From contig OZ245838.1 in NCBI GenBank assembly GCA_965228735.1, forward strand, positions 4,928,001-4,992,000: a DNA stretch of 64,000 bases. The letters run 5' to 3'. Under the pieces are notes generated by a model. It was not told where the DNA came from and made no database searches. It saw only the letters and a program-made list of their open reading frames with translations. Positions 39,253 through 48,860 of the stretch are shown here, one piece after another; positions within the stretch are counted from its first letter, which is position 1; each line of letters opens with the position of its first letter. A program made the position numbers and the translations under genes. Source of the stretch: Planctomycetota bacterium (GTDB taxonomy: Bacteria; Planctomycetota; UBA1135; UBA2386).

Positions 39253-40073
39253 TGGCGGTGAGCAAGCGAGGCGCGGCGCGGGCGCCGCTGCCGCCGCTCG
39301 CGCGGGTGCTCGCGGCGATGGGGGAGATCGCACCGCTCGAGCTCGCGGCCGAGTGGGACAACGTCGGCCTGCTCGTCGATCCGCGCGGACTCAACAAGCG
39401 CGTGGAGCGGGTGATGCTGACGATCGACCTCACGGACGACGTCGTGGCCGAGGCGAGCCGCGCTCGCGCCGATCTCGTCATCGCCTATCACCCGGCGATC
39501 TTTCGGCCGCTGCGCCGGCTCACGCAGGGTGACGGCAAGGAACGCGCGGTGCTCAACGCGATCGCTGCGGGCTTCTCGGTCTACTCGCCGCACACCGCGC
39601 TCGACGGTGTGTCGGGCGGCATCGCCGACTGGCTCGCGGACGGCGTGCTCGACGGTGATACGGCGAAGGACCGCTGGCCGTGCGGCGAGGGTGACTTCGG
39701 CCGCGTCGTCGAACTGCCGAAAGCGATCTCGTTCGCGCGCCTCGTCGGTCGCGTGAAGCAACACCTGGGTCGCAAGCACCTGCAGATCGCGCGCCCGCGC
39801 GGGCAGAAGTCGATTCGCCGTGTCGCCGTCGCGGCGGGCGCTGGCAGCAGCATCGTGCGCGATGAACCGGTCGACGCGATCGTCACCGGTGAGATGTCAC
39901 ACCATGACGCGCTCGCGGCAACCGCCGCCGGCACCTCGGTCCTGCTCGCGGGCCACAGCAACACCGAACGTGGCTACCTCCGCATCCTCCGCCGCCGCCT
40001 GAAGAAGGCCCTCGGTCCTCAGGTCCGCATCGAGATCAGCAAGAGCGACCGCGACCCCCTCACCACGACGTGA
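39252..40073 (+). CDS. Nif3-like dinuclear metal centre protein
   Basis: LAAEWDNVGLLV, AYHPAIF, HTALD, TGEMSHH, GHSNTER. Confidence 0.92.
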   Translation: MAVSKRGAARAPLPPLARVLAAMGEIAPLELAAEWDNVGLLVDPRGLNKRVERVMLTIDLTDDVVAEASRARADLVIAYHPAIFRPLRRLTQGDGKERAVLNAIAAGFSVYSPHTALDGVSGGIADWLADGVLDGDTAKDRWPCGEGDFGRVVELPKAISFARLVGRVKQHLGRKHLQIARPRGQKSIRRVAVAAGAGSSIVRDEPVDAIVTGEMSHHDALAATAAGTSVLLAGHSNTERGYLRILRRRLKKALGPQVRIEISKSDRDPLTTT

Positions 40074-40074
40074 A

Positions 40075-40113
40075 CGACGTTGGGTACGGTGCCGGGCACC
40101 GTACCCAACGTCG
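40075..40113. terminator. Perfect 19-bp-arm palindrome between convergent genes (bidirectional terminator or REP-like)
   Basis: cgacgttgggtacggtgcc-g-ggcaccgtacccaacgtcg. Confidence 0.7.
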
Positions 40114-40115
40114 GT

Positions 40116-41504
40116 TCACGTTCCTGAGGGTTTCTGTTCGGGGAAGCGGATGGCGTGGCGCCAGATGTAGTTGACGATCGGGATGCCGAGGAGGAGGCCC
40201 CAGACGCCGAACAGTTTGCCGCCGACGGTCAGCACGATGAGCACGACCACCGGGTTCATGTGCATGTGGTGGCCGTAGATCTGCGGATTGAGGATGTAGG
40301 TCTCGATCGCGTGGATGATCGCGATCAGCAGGATCGCGAGGAGCATCGCCGTCACACCGTCCTGCTGCAGCGCGACGAGGCAGATCGGCGTCGAACTGAT
40401 GAACGTGCCCGCAACCGGGATGAAGCTGCAGAAGAACACGATCGCGGACAGCACGAGCATGTTGGGCAGCCCCATCATCCACACGCCGATCGCGGTGAGC
40501 ATCGTGTTGACGACGGCGATCAGGAGCTGCGCCTCGAGCGCACGGCCGAGCACGCGGCCGAAGCCGGAGATGTTGTCGGCGACCTCGTCGTAGATGAAGC
40601 CGACGCGCGTGCGCGCGAGGCCCGTGACACCGCGCCGGATCTTCGGCAGGTCGAGCACGATCAGGAACGAGAACAACAAGGCGAGCAGGAACGCCGACGC
40701 GTAGCCCAGAACGGACTGGCCGATCGCCAGCGAACTGTCGGTGACGAATTTGCCGAGCGTCTGGAACAGGTCCGCCACGAACGTCAGCGGTTCGCGGGGC
40801 TTGTCCTCGTCGGCGCCGTTCTCCCCGTCAGCCGGGTTCTCTCCGTCGGCCGCGTTCTCCCGGTCGGCGGGTTCACCGTCGCCGGGCTTGCCGCCGGGGT
40901 CTTGCGATGCGCCGCTCTCCCGGTCGGCCCGCTGCTGCCCACCCGTGTCCTCCTTCGGCGCGTTGCCCGGCTCGGCAGGCTGCTGCTCGCCGGGCTTGCC
41001 GGCCGCTTCGTCCCCGTTCTCGGTCGAGGTCTCACCCTCACCCCCTTCATCGATCTTCGGCACGAACGAGCCCTGATTGGCCGCGCGCAGCTGATTCTGG
41101 TGCTGCAGCAGCGAATCGTGAATGGCCGGCCACTGCGCCAGGAACTTGTTGAGCTCCGCGTCGGCTTGCGCGATGTAGGTGTCGCGGTTCTGCCAGAACG
41201 TCTGCCCCTGCTTCATGACCTGCGGCGCGAGCGTGAAGCCGGTCGCGAACAGCGTGCCGAGGAACACGAGGCCGACGATCACGACCCGCAGCGGTCGGCT
41301 CCGGATCCGATGCGCGAGGCCGTCCACGCCGTGCGCCTGGATGTAGGCGAACACGAACGTCAGGAAGATCAGCAGCAGGAACGGCGACAGGATCCACAGG
41401 ACCGCGATCAGGAGGCCCCAGACGAACGTGCGGGTCGCGAGCGAGAAGATGCGATCCCACGGTGGCGGCAGGCTCTTCTCCTGATTGTCGGTTCCGGGCG
41501 CCAT
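40116..41504 (-). CDS. AI-2E (PerM) family transporter with acidic low-complexity insertion
   Basis: LIFLTFVFAYI, SFIPVAG, E.YILNPQIYG, LFGVWGLLLGIP. Confidence 0.9.
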   Translation of the reverse strand: MAPGTDNQEKSLPPPWDRIFSLATRTFVWGLLIAVLWILSPFLLLIFLTFVFAYIQAHGVDGLAHRIRSRPLRVVIVGLVFLGTLFATGFTLAPQVMKQGQTFWQNRDTYIAQADAELNKFLAQWPAIHDSLLQHQNQLRAANQGSFVPKIDEGGEGETSTENGDEAAGKPGEQQPAEPGNAPKEDTGGQQRADRESGASQDPGGKPGDGEPADRENAADGENPADGENGADEDKPREPLTFVADLFQTLGKFVTDSSLAIGQSVLGYASAFLLALLFSFLIVLDLPKIRRGVTGLARTRVGFIYDEVADNISGFGRVLGRALEAQLLIAVVNTMLTAIGVWMMGLPNMLVLSAIVFFCSFIPVAGTFISSTPICLVALQQDGVTAMLLAILLIAIIHAIETYILNPQIYGHHMHMNPVVVLIVLTVGGKLFGVWGLLLGIPIVNYIWRHAIRFPEQKPSGT

Positions 41505-41622
41505 GCGTCCCGCACGGTAGGAAGTGGAGCCGGCCGACGCCAGCCGGTGGGGCGGGAGATTGTGGACCCTCGCCGGCTCGTAGCCGCTGGGCAGTCGCGG
41601 CGCTTGTCGCCATGATGCTCGG

Positions 41623-44600
41623 ATGCGTGGTCTGGTTCCGATCTCGATCGTCGCCCTTGTCGGTGCGACGAGCTGCACGGACGACGAGCCGGCCGGCGGC
41701 CCCGCGCGGCCGGCCGGGCCGGCCCTCGTGGCCACGCCGCTGCCGGCGCGCGCGGCCGTCGACGGTCCGCGCTTTCGCCGGCTCGGCGCCGATCGGACCG
41801 GACTCGAGTTCGCGAACGTGCTGCGGCCGAACAACCGCTACGCCTACGTCTACACCGGTTCGGGCGCGGCGGTCGGCGACTACGACGGCGACGGTCGACC
41901 GGACGTCTACCTCGTCTGCCGCGACGGCCCCAACAAGCTGTTCCGCCAGACGGGGCCGCTCCGGTTCGAGGACGTCACCGCGGCCGCGGGCGGCCTCGAT
42001 GGCGGCGATGCGTGGGGCACGGCGGCTGCGTTCGTCGATGTCGACAACGACGGCGACCTCGACCTCTACGTCGCCAACCTCGAGTCGCGCAACCTGCTCT
42101 ACCTCAACCGCGGCGACGGCACGTTCCGCGAGGCCGGCGGGCCGCGCGGGCTCGGCGTCGTGCGCGCCACCGAGGGCGCGGCGTTCGCCGACTACGACAA
42201 CGACGGCGACCTCGACCTCTACCTCGTCACCAACCGCCTGCTCGGCACGCAGATTCCGCAGGAGATCGTCGCCGAGATGCGGTTGCCGGGCGCGATCGAG
42301 AAGAGCAAGCGCGAGCTGTTCCCGCCGTATCCGCGCTTCGGCAAGGACGGCGACGGCCTCGTGGTGCCGGCGGGCTACGAGGATTTCTTCTTCACGATCG
42401 GCGAACGCATCTACCCGGCCGGGCAGTGCGACGTCCTGTTGCGCAACGATGACGGCGTGTTCGTCGACGTGACCGCCGAAGCCGGGATCCGCGACCAGGC
42501 CAACGGCCTCAGCGCGGTGTTCTGGGACTTCGACAACGACGGCGACCTCGACCTCTACGTCAGCAACGACCTGCAGTCGCCCGACGTGCTCTACGAGAAC
42601 CAGGGCGACGGCACGTTCGAGAACGTGACCGACCGGCTGCCGTGCGTCGCGTTCTTCGGGATGGGTTGCGACTTCGGCGACTTCGACCGCGACGGCCGGC
42701 TGGATCTCTACGTCGCCGACATGTCGAGCACGACGCACTACATGGGCAAGATGCTCATGGGCAACATGGACCAGCACCGGTGGCTCCTGATGAACGGCGA
42801 GCCGCTGCAGCAGATGCGCAACGTGCTGTTCATGAACCGCGGCGTGGGGTTCACCGAGAACGGGCGCATCGCGGGCCTCAGCAGCACGGACTGGACGTGG
42901 AGCGTGCGCTTCGCCGACTTCGACGAGGACGGCTGGCTCGACATGCACGCGACCAACGGCATCCCGATCTTCACGGACAATCCGGATGCCGGCCGCGAGT
43001 TCGATCAGCTGTGGGCGCACGGCGCCAAGAAGCGCGCGCTCGAGCTCTATCGCGAGCTGCCGCGCGTCCTGGAGAAGAACGTCGCGCGTCGCGGCGTGGG
43101 GCCGTTGCAGTTCGAGGATGTCGGCACCGAGTGGGGGCTCGACGAGGAATCGGTCGGGCAGGGCGCCGTCGTCAGCGACCTCGATCGCGACGGCGACCTC
43201 GACGTGCTCGTGAACAACCTCAACGATCCCATGAGCCTGTTCGAGAACCGCACCGCGGGCACGCACCGGGTGCTCGTCGAGCTGCGGGGCGTGACGAGCA
43301 ACCGCTTCGGCATCGGCGCGCGCATCACGATCCGGTCTGGTGAGGTCGAGCAGACGCGGCTCGTGATGGGCACGCGCGGCTACATGAGCGCCGGCGAAGC
43401 CGTCGAGCACTTCGGGCTCGGGGCCGCGACGAAGATCGATGTGCTCGAGGTGCGATGGCCGAGCGGCAACGTGCAGGTCTTCCGGGATCTCGCCGCGGAT
43501 CAGCGACTCGTCATCGAGGAGCGCGCGGATGGCGAGCCGGAGTCGAGCCTGCGGCCGGCTGACCCGCGGTCCCGGGACGGGATGCACTTCACCGCGATGA
43601 CCAGCTCCGGCGGCAGTCACGAGGAGGCCGACTTCGACGACTACGCGCAGCAACCGCTGCTGCCGCATCGACTGTCCCGTCTCGGACCCGGGGTCGCCAT
43701 CGGCGATTACGACGGCGACGGCCGGCCGGACTTCTGGCGTGGCGGCGCGACCGGCCAGCCGGGCGAGCTCTGTCGGTGGGACGGCGAGCAGGGCGCGTTC
43801 GTGCCCGATACGCGGCAGCAGGCCCTGCCGGCCGACAGCGTCAGCGAGGATCTCGGCGCCGCGTTCTTCGACGCCGATGGGGACGGCGACCTCGACCTCT
43901 ACGTTGCGAGCGGCGGCATCGAGCACGACGCGGGCCACGAGGCGTATCGCGACCGACTCTACCGCAACGTCGGGAACGGTCGGTTCGACCGCGACCCGGC
44001 CGCGTTGCCCGACCTGCGGCGCAGCAGCAGCTGTGTCGTCCCGCACGACTTCGACGGCGACGGTGACATCGATCTCTTCGTCGGGACGCGCGTCGTGCCC
44101 GGCCGCTTCCCGCACAGCGAGTCGAGCGTGCTGCTCGAGAACGTCGACGGCAAGTTCGTCGACGCCACGGCGACGATCGCGCCGGGCCTCGCGGAGGCCG
44201 GCATGGTGACGTCGGCGTGCTGGACCGATCTGAATGGTGACGGCGTCGCCGAGCTCGTCGTCGCGGCGCAGTGGCAGCCGCTGCGCGTGTTCGGCCGCGG
44301 CGCCGAAGGCACGTTCACGGATCGAACGGTGGCGCTCGGGATCGACGCCATCCGCGGGCAGTGGAACGCGGTCGCGGCCGGCGACCTCGACGGTGATGGC
44401 GACCAGGACCTCGTCGCCGGCAACCTCGGGCTCAACTCCAAGTATCACGCCGACCCCGAGCACCCGCTGCGGCTCTACGCGCGCGACTTCGACGGCAACG
44501 GCTCGTTCGACGTCGTCGAGGCCAAGACGAAGGGCAGCACCGAGCTGCCGGTGCGCGGCCTGAGCTGCAGCAGCGGCGCGATGCCCTACCTGCGGCAGAA

Positions 44601-45078
44601 GTTCGATACCTACGACAAGTTCGCGCGCGCGACGCTCGGCGACATCTACGGCGACAAGCTCAGCGGGTGCCTCGAGCTGTCCTGCAACGAACTGCGTCAC
44701 CTGGTGTTCGAGAACGACGGCGGCAAGCTCGTGCCGCGCCCGCTGCCGCGGCGCGCGCAGGGGTCGATCGTCAACGCCATCGGCGTGCTCGACGCGGACG
44801 GCGACGGCGCGCTCGACCTCGTGCTGGGCCAGAACTCGGATGCGCCGGAGCCCGAGACCGGGCCGCTGCGCGGCGAGCTCGCGCTCATGCTGCGTGGCTC
44901 ACCGGCCGGGGACCTCGCGTTCGCGGTCGACCCGACGGCGCCGTTCTTCGCGGACCTGCCGCGACCCGTGATGGCGATCGCCGTGGCGGACCTCGATGGT
45001 GACGGCGTGAGCGACTTCGTCGCCGCGACCAACTCGGGGCCGGTCCACGTCATGCGCGGCACGAGGGCCGACAAGTGA
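41623..45078 (+). CDS. FG-GAP/VCBS repeat lipoprotein with central ASPIC/UnbV domain
   Basis: Lipobox ATSC; many D.DNDGDLDLY repeats; NRFGIGAR...HFGLG...VRWPSG. Confidence 0.9.
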   Translation: MRGLVPISIVALVGATSCTDDEPAGGPARPAGPALVATPLPARAAVDGPRFRRLGADRTGLEFANVLRPNNRYAYVYTGSGAAVGDYDGDGRPDVYLVCRDGPNKLFRQTGPLRFEDVTAAAGGLDGGDAWGTAAAFVDVDNDGDLDLYVANLESRNLLYLNRGDGTFREAGGPRGLGVVRATEGAAFADYDNDGDLDLYLVTNRLLGTQIPQEIVAEMRLPGAIEKSKRELFPPYPRFGKDGDGLVVPAGYEDFFFTIGERIYPAGQCDVLLRNDDGVFVDVTAEAGIRDQANGLSAVFWDFDNDGDLDLYVSNDLQSPDVLYENQGDGTFENVTDRLPCVAFFGMGCDFGDFDRDGRLDLYVADMSSTTHYMGKMLMGNMDQHRWLLMNGEPLQQMRNVLFMNRGVGFTENGRIAGLSSTDWTWSVRFADFDEDGWLDMHATNGIPIFTDNPDAGREFDQLWAHGAKKRALELYRELPRVLEKNVARRGVGPLQFEDVGTEWGLDEESVGQGAVVSDLDRDGDLDVLVNNLNDPMSLFENRTAGTHRVLVELRGVTSNRFGIGARITIRSGEVEQTRLVMGTRGYMSAGEAVEHFGLGAATKIDVLEVRWPSGNVQVFRDLAADQRLVIEERADGEPESSLRPADPRSRDGMHFTAMTSSGGSHEEADFDDYAQQPLLPHRLSRLGPGVAIGDYDGDGRPDFWRGGATGQPGELCRWDGEQGAFVPDTRQQALPADSVSEDLGAAFFDADGDGDLDLYVASGGIEHDAGHEAYRDRLYRNVGNGRFDRDPAALPDLRRSSSCVVPHDFDGDGDIDLFVGTRVVPGRFPHSESSVLLENVDGKFVDATATIAPGLAEAGMVTSACWTDLNGDGVAELVVAAQWQPLRVFGRGAEGTFTDRTVALGIDAIRGQWNAVAAGDLDGDGDQDLVAGNLGLNSKYHADPEHPLRLYARDFDGNGSFDVVEAKTKGSTELPVRGLSCSSGAMPYLRQKFDTYDKFARATLGDIYGDKLSGCLELSCNELRHLVFENDGGKLVPRPLPRRAQGSIVNAIGVLDADGDGALDLVLGQNSDAPEPETGPLRGELALMLRGSPAGDLAFAVDPTAPFFADLPRPVMAIAVADLDGDGVSDFVAATNSGPVHVMRGTRADK

Positions 45079-47363
45079 GGCTCATCGGCATCGTTCTCGC
45101 GGTGAGCATGACCGCGGGGTGCTCGAGGGATGTGCCCGCGCCAACGCCAACTCCTGCGCCGGCCGCGGAAGTGAGCGACCTGCCCGACGAGCTGCCAGAG
45201 GAACTGCCCGAGGACCTGCCAGAGGACCTGCCGCAGCCGGTGGAGGTCCCGGAACCGGAACCCGTCGACAGCCACGAACGCATGGTCGCGACCCTCGCCG
45301 CGATCAGTCGGCAGGCGGCGGTCGACAACCCGTTCTTCGGCAGCGGCCGGGTCGCGCAACTGCGCGCGCGGGTCGAGGCTGCGGGTGCCGCACCACCGTG
45401 GCGCCTGCTGCTCGACACCGGACTGGCGGAACTGCAGCTCGGCGAAGAACGCGAGGGCATCGCGACGCTCACGCGTCTGCGCGACGGCCTGCGTGCGGGT
45501 CGCATCCGCGGCGACTTCGTCGCCAACCTGTCGGCGAGCTTCTACCTCGGGGTTGCGTGGCTGCGGCTCGCCGAGACGGAGAACTGCTGCCGGCAGGCCA
45601 ACGCGGACAGCTGCATCCTGCCGTTCGCCGAGGCGGCGTTGCACACGGAGTCCGAGGGTTCGAAGGCAGCGGCGCAGTGCTTCCTCGTCGTGCTCGCGAA
45701 CACCGAGCCGAACGACCGGTTCCACCTCGCCGCGCGCTGGCTCTTCAACCTCGCGCACATGTCGCTCGGCAGTCACCCGGACGGCGTGCCCGAGCGGTTT
45801 CGACTGCCGGCCAGCCTGTTCGATCCCGGCGCGGCAGAGCGTTTCCGCAACGTGGCGATCGAGCGCGGGCTCGCGTCGTTCAGCAATTCGGGCGGCGTCG
45901 TCGTCGACGACCTCACGGGTGACGACCGCTTCGACATCCTCGTGTCCGATTGGCGGCCGGACGGCGCGATGCAGCTCTTCGTGCAGCAGCCGGACGGGGC
46001 GTTCGTCGAGCGCTCGGCCGCGGCGGGGCTCACCGGGATCACGGGCGGGCTCAACCTGCTGCAGGCGGACTACGACAACGACGGCGACCTCGACGTGCTC
46101 GTGCTGCGCGGCGCGTGGTGGTTCGATCACGGCCGGCATCCCAACTCGCTGCTGCAGAACGACGGCAGCGGCAACTTCCGCGACGTGACCTTCGACGCCG
46201 GGCTCGCGGTGGTGGACTACCCGACGCAGACGGCGGGCTGGGCGGACTTCGACCTCGACGGCGACCTCGACCTCTACATCGGCAACGAGCACAGCGAGCT
46301 CGCCCATGCGCCGAGCCAGCTCTTCGAGAACGACGGCGACGGCACATTCACCGACATCGCGGCTGCCGCCGGGGTGACCAACCTGCTCGGCGCCAAGGCG
46401 GTGCACTGGGGCGACATCGACAACGACGGCGACCCCGATCTCTACGTCAGCAACCGTGACGGTAGTAACCGCCTGTATCGAAACGACGGCGATGGCACGT
46501 TCACCGACGTCGCGAAGGAGCGCGGGGTCACGCATCCGATCGAGGGTTTCCCGGCGTTCTTCTTCGACCGCGACAACGACGGCGATCTCGACCTCTTCGC
46601 GTCGAACTACAACACGGGCATCTCGCACGTCACGGCGCACCTCGTCGGCGCGCAGCTGCCGTACGAGCGGCCGCGGCTCTACGACAACGACGGCAGCGGC
46701 CGCTTTACCGACGTCGCCAAGGCGCAAGGCCTCACGTATCCGAGCCTGCCGATGGGCAGCAACTTCGGTGACCTCGACAACGACGGCTGGCTCGACCTCT
46801 ACCTCGGCACGGGCGACACCGACTACGAGACGCTGCTGCCCAACCTCGCGTATCGCAACGACGGCGGGGCGCGCTTCGTCGACGTCACGATGGCGACCGG
46901 TCTCGGCCACCTGCAGAAGGGGCACGGCATCGCGTTCGCCGACATCGACGGCGACGGTGACCAGGACATCTTCGCGGAGATGGGCGGCGCGTATCCCGGT
47001 GATGCGTACGGCAACGCGCTGTTCGACAACCCGGGGAACGGCAACCACTGGCTCACGGTGCACCTCGTCGGCACGACGTCGAACCGGTGCGCGATCGGCG
47101 CGCGGATCCGCGTCGTCGCGCGCGAAGGCGGCGAGGACCGTTCGATCTGGCGCGACGTGAACAGCGGCGGCACGTTCGGCGCGAGCCCGCTGCGCCAGGC
47201 GATCGGACTCGGGAGCGCCGACGAGGTCGTGCGCATCGAGATCCGCTGGCCGCGGTCGAGTAGCAGGGCCGCGGCCGACGATCTCCAGATCGTCGAAGCG
47301 CCCCCGCTCGACGCCACGATCCGCGTCGTCGAGGGCGAAGACGGTTTCACGCGCCTTCCCTGA
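45075..47363 (+). CDS. CRTAC1 family (FG-GAP + ASPIC/UnbV) lipoprotein
   Basis: Lipobox TAGC; ETENCC...SCILP; DNDGDLD repeats; GHLQKGHG; NRCAIGAR. Confidence 0.9.
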   Translation: MRLIGIVLAVSMTAGCSRDVPAPTPTPAPAAEVSDLPDELPEELPEDLPEDLPQPVEVPEPEPVDSHERMVATLAAISRQAAVDNPFFGSGRVAQLRARVEAAGAAPPWRLLLDTGLAELQLGEEREGIATLTRLRDGLRAGRIRGDFVANLSASFYLGVAWLRLAETENCCRQANADSCILPFAEAALHTESEGSKAAAQCFLVVLANTEPNDRFHLAARWLFNLAHMSLGSHPDGVPERFRLPASLFDPGAAERFRNVAIERGLASFSNSGGVVVDDLTGDDRFDILVSDWRPDGAMQLFVQQPDGAFVERSAAAGLTGITGGLNLLQADYDNDGDLDVLVLRGAWWFDHGRHPNSLLQNDGSGNFRDVTFDAGLAVVDYPTQTAGWADFDLDGDLDLYIGNEHSELAHAPSQLFENDGDGTFTDIAAAAGVTNLLGAKAVHWGDIDNDGDPDLYVSNRDGSNRLYRNDGDGTFTDVAKERGVTHPIEGFPAFFFDRDNDGDLDLFASNYNTGISHVTAHLVGAQLPYERPRLYDNDGSGRFTDVAKAQGLTYPSLPMGSNFGDLDNDGWLDLYLGTGDTDYETLLPNLAYRNDGGARFVDVTMATGLGHLQKGHGIAFADIDGDGDQDIFAEMGGAYPGDAYGNALFDNPGNGNHWLTVHLVGTTSNRCAIGARIRVVAREGGEDRSIWRDVNSGGTFGASPLRQAIGLGSADEVVRIEIRWPRSSSRAAADDLQIVEAPPLDATIRVVEGEDGFTRLP

Positions 47364-47389
47364 CGCAGGCCACACGCTAAGACAAGGGC

Positions 47390-48754
47390 GTGAAGCTGCT
47401 CGTCGTCATCGCCGTCGGACTGCGGCCCAAGGACCTCGCTCACGCGCCCGTGCTCCGCGGGCTCGGTGAACACGGATTCATGGCGCCGCTCGACACCGTC
47501 TTCCCGGCCGTGACGTGCACGGCGCAGGCGACGTTCCTCACGGGCCTGCCCGCGTCGGGGCACGGCGTCGTGGCCAACGGGTGGTACTTCCGTGATCTCG
47601 CGCAGATCATGTTCTGGCGGCAGAGCAACCACCTCGTGAACGGCGACAAGCTCTACGACGTCGCGCGCGAACGGTTCGGTGCGCGCACGGCCAAGATGTT
47701 CTGGTGGTGGAACATGTACAGCGGCGCGGACTTCAGCGTCACGCCGCGGCCCGAGTATCACGCCGACGGGCTCAAGAAGCCGGGCATCTACAGCGACCCA
47801 GCCGATCTCGCGGGCAGCCTGCAGGACGAGCTCGGGCCGTTCCCGTTGTTCGACTTCTGGGGGCCGCGCGCGGGCATCAAGAGCTCGCAGTGGATCAAGA
47901 ACTCGGCGCTGTCGGTGATGCGGCGCCACGATCCGGAGGTCGTGCTCGTCTACCTGCCGCACCTCGACTACGACCATCAACGCTTCGGCCCGGACGACCC
48001 GCGCAGCGTGCAGGCCGTGCGGGATCTCGACGCGGAGATGCCGGCGCTGATCGATGCGGCGCGCGAACGCGACGCGCACGTCGTCGTGCTGTCCGAGTAC
48101 GGCATCGAGGACGCGAGCACGCCGATCTTCCTCAACCGGCTGCTGCACGAGCGTGGGTTGCTCGCCGTGCAGGAGACGAGTCACGGGCAGCTGCTCGACG
48201 CGGGCGCGAGCCGCGCGTTCGTCGTCGCCGACCATCAGTGCGCGCACGTCTACGTCAACGCGGAGTCGGAGTTCGGCGCCGTCCGCCAGCTGCTCGAGAA
48301 GCACCCCGGCATCGCGCGCGTGCTCGATCGGGAGCAGCAGAAGGAGCTCGGCATCGATCACGAACGCAGCGGCGAGCTCGTCTGCGTCGCCGAGGCCGGC
48401 CACTGGTTTGCCTATCACTACTGGCTCGACGAGGCCCGGCGGCCCGACTTCGCGCCGACCGTCGACATCCACCGCAAGCCCGGTTACGACCCGGCGGAAT
48501 TGTTCGTCGACCCCGCGATCCGCTTCCCCAGGCTGCGCGTCGCGAAGACGTTGGCGAAGAAGATGCTCGGCTTCCGCTACCTCATGGACGTGATTCCGAC
48601 GGATCCGTCGCAGGTCCGCGGCAGCCACGGCCGGCTCTACGAGGACGACGACGCCGGGCCGATCTTCCTCTGCAGCGACCGGTCGCTCGCGCGCGATCGG
48701 GTCGCTGCCACGGAGGTCAGGGACCTCCTGCTCGGGCTGCTCGGGCCGCGCTAG
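47390..48754 (+). CDS. Alkaline phosphatase / nucleotide pyrophosphatase family protein (EboF-like)
   Basis: PAVTCTAQ, HGVVANGWY, YLPHLDY, SEYGI, VDIHRKPGYDP.ELF, GSHGR. Confidence 0.9.
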   Translation: MKLLVVIAVGLRPKDLAHAPVLRGLGEHGFMAPLDTVFPAVTCTAQATFLTGLPASGHGVVANGWYFRDLAQIMFWRQSNHLVNGDKLYDVARERFGARTAKMFWWWNMYSGADFSVTPRPEYHADGLKKPGIYSDPADLAGSLQDELGPFPLFDFWGPRAGIKSSQWIKNSALSVMRRHDPEVVLVYLPHLDYDHQRFGPDDPRSVQAVRDLDAEMPALIDAARERDAHVVVLSEYGIEDASTPIFLNRLLHERGLLAVQETSHGQLLDAGASRAFVVADHQCAHVYVNAESEFGAVRQLLEKHPGIARVLDREQQKELGIDHERSGELVCVAEAGHWFAYHYWLDEARRPDFAPTVDIHRKPGYDPAELFVDPAIRFPRLRVAKTLAKKMLGFRYLMDVIPTDPSQVRGSHGRLYEDDDAGPIFLCSDRSLARDRVAATEVRDLLLGLLGPR

Positions 48755-48860
48755 GCGGGGCTCGCCGGGCGATTACTGGCGGCGCGTCCCGATTCGTTCC
48801 GGCGCCGGGCGGCGCGCGGGCAACCAAGCAGGTCGAGCCCCGCGTTATCCTGTAGTCGCC

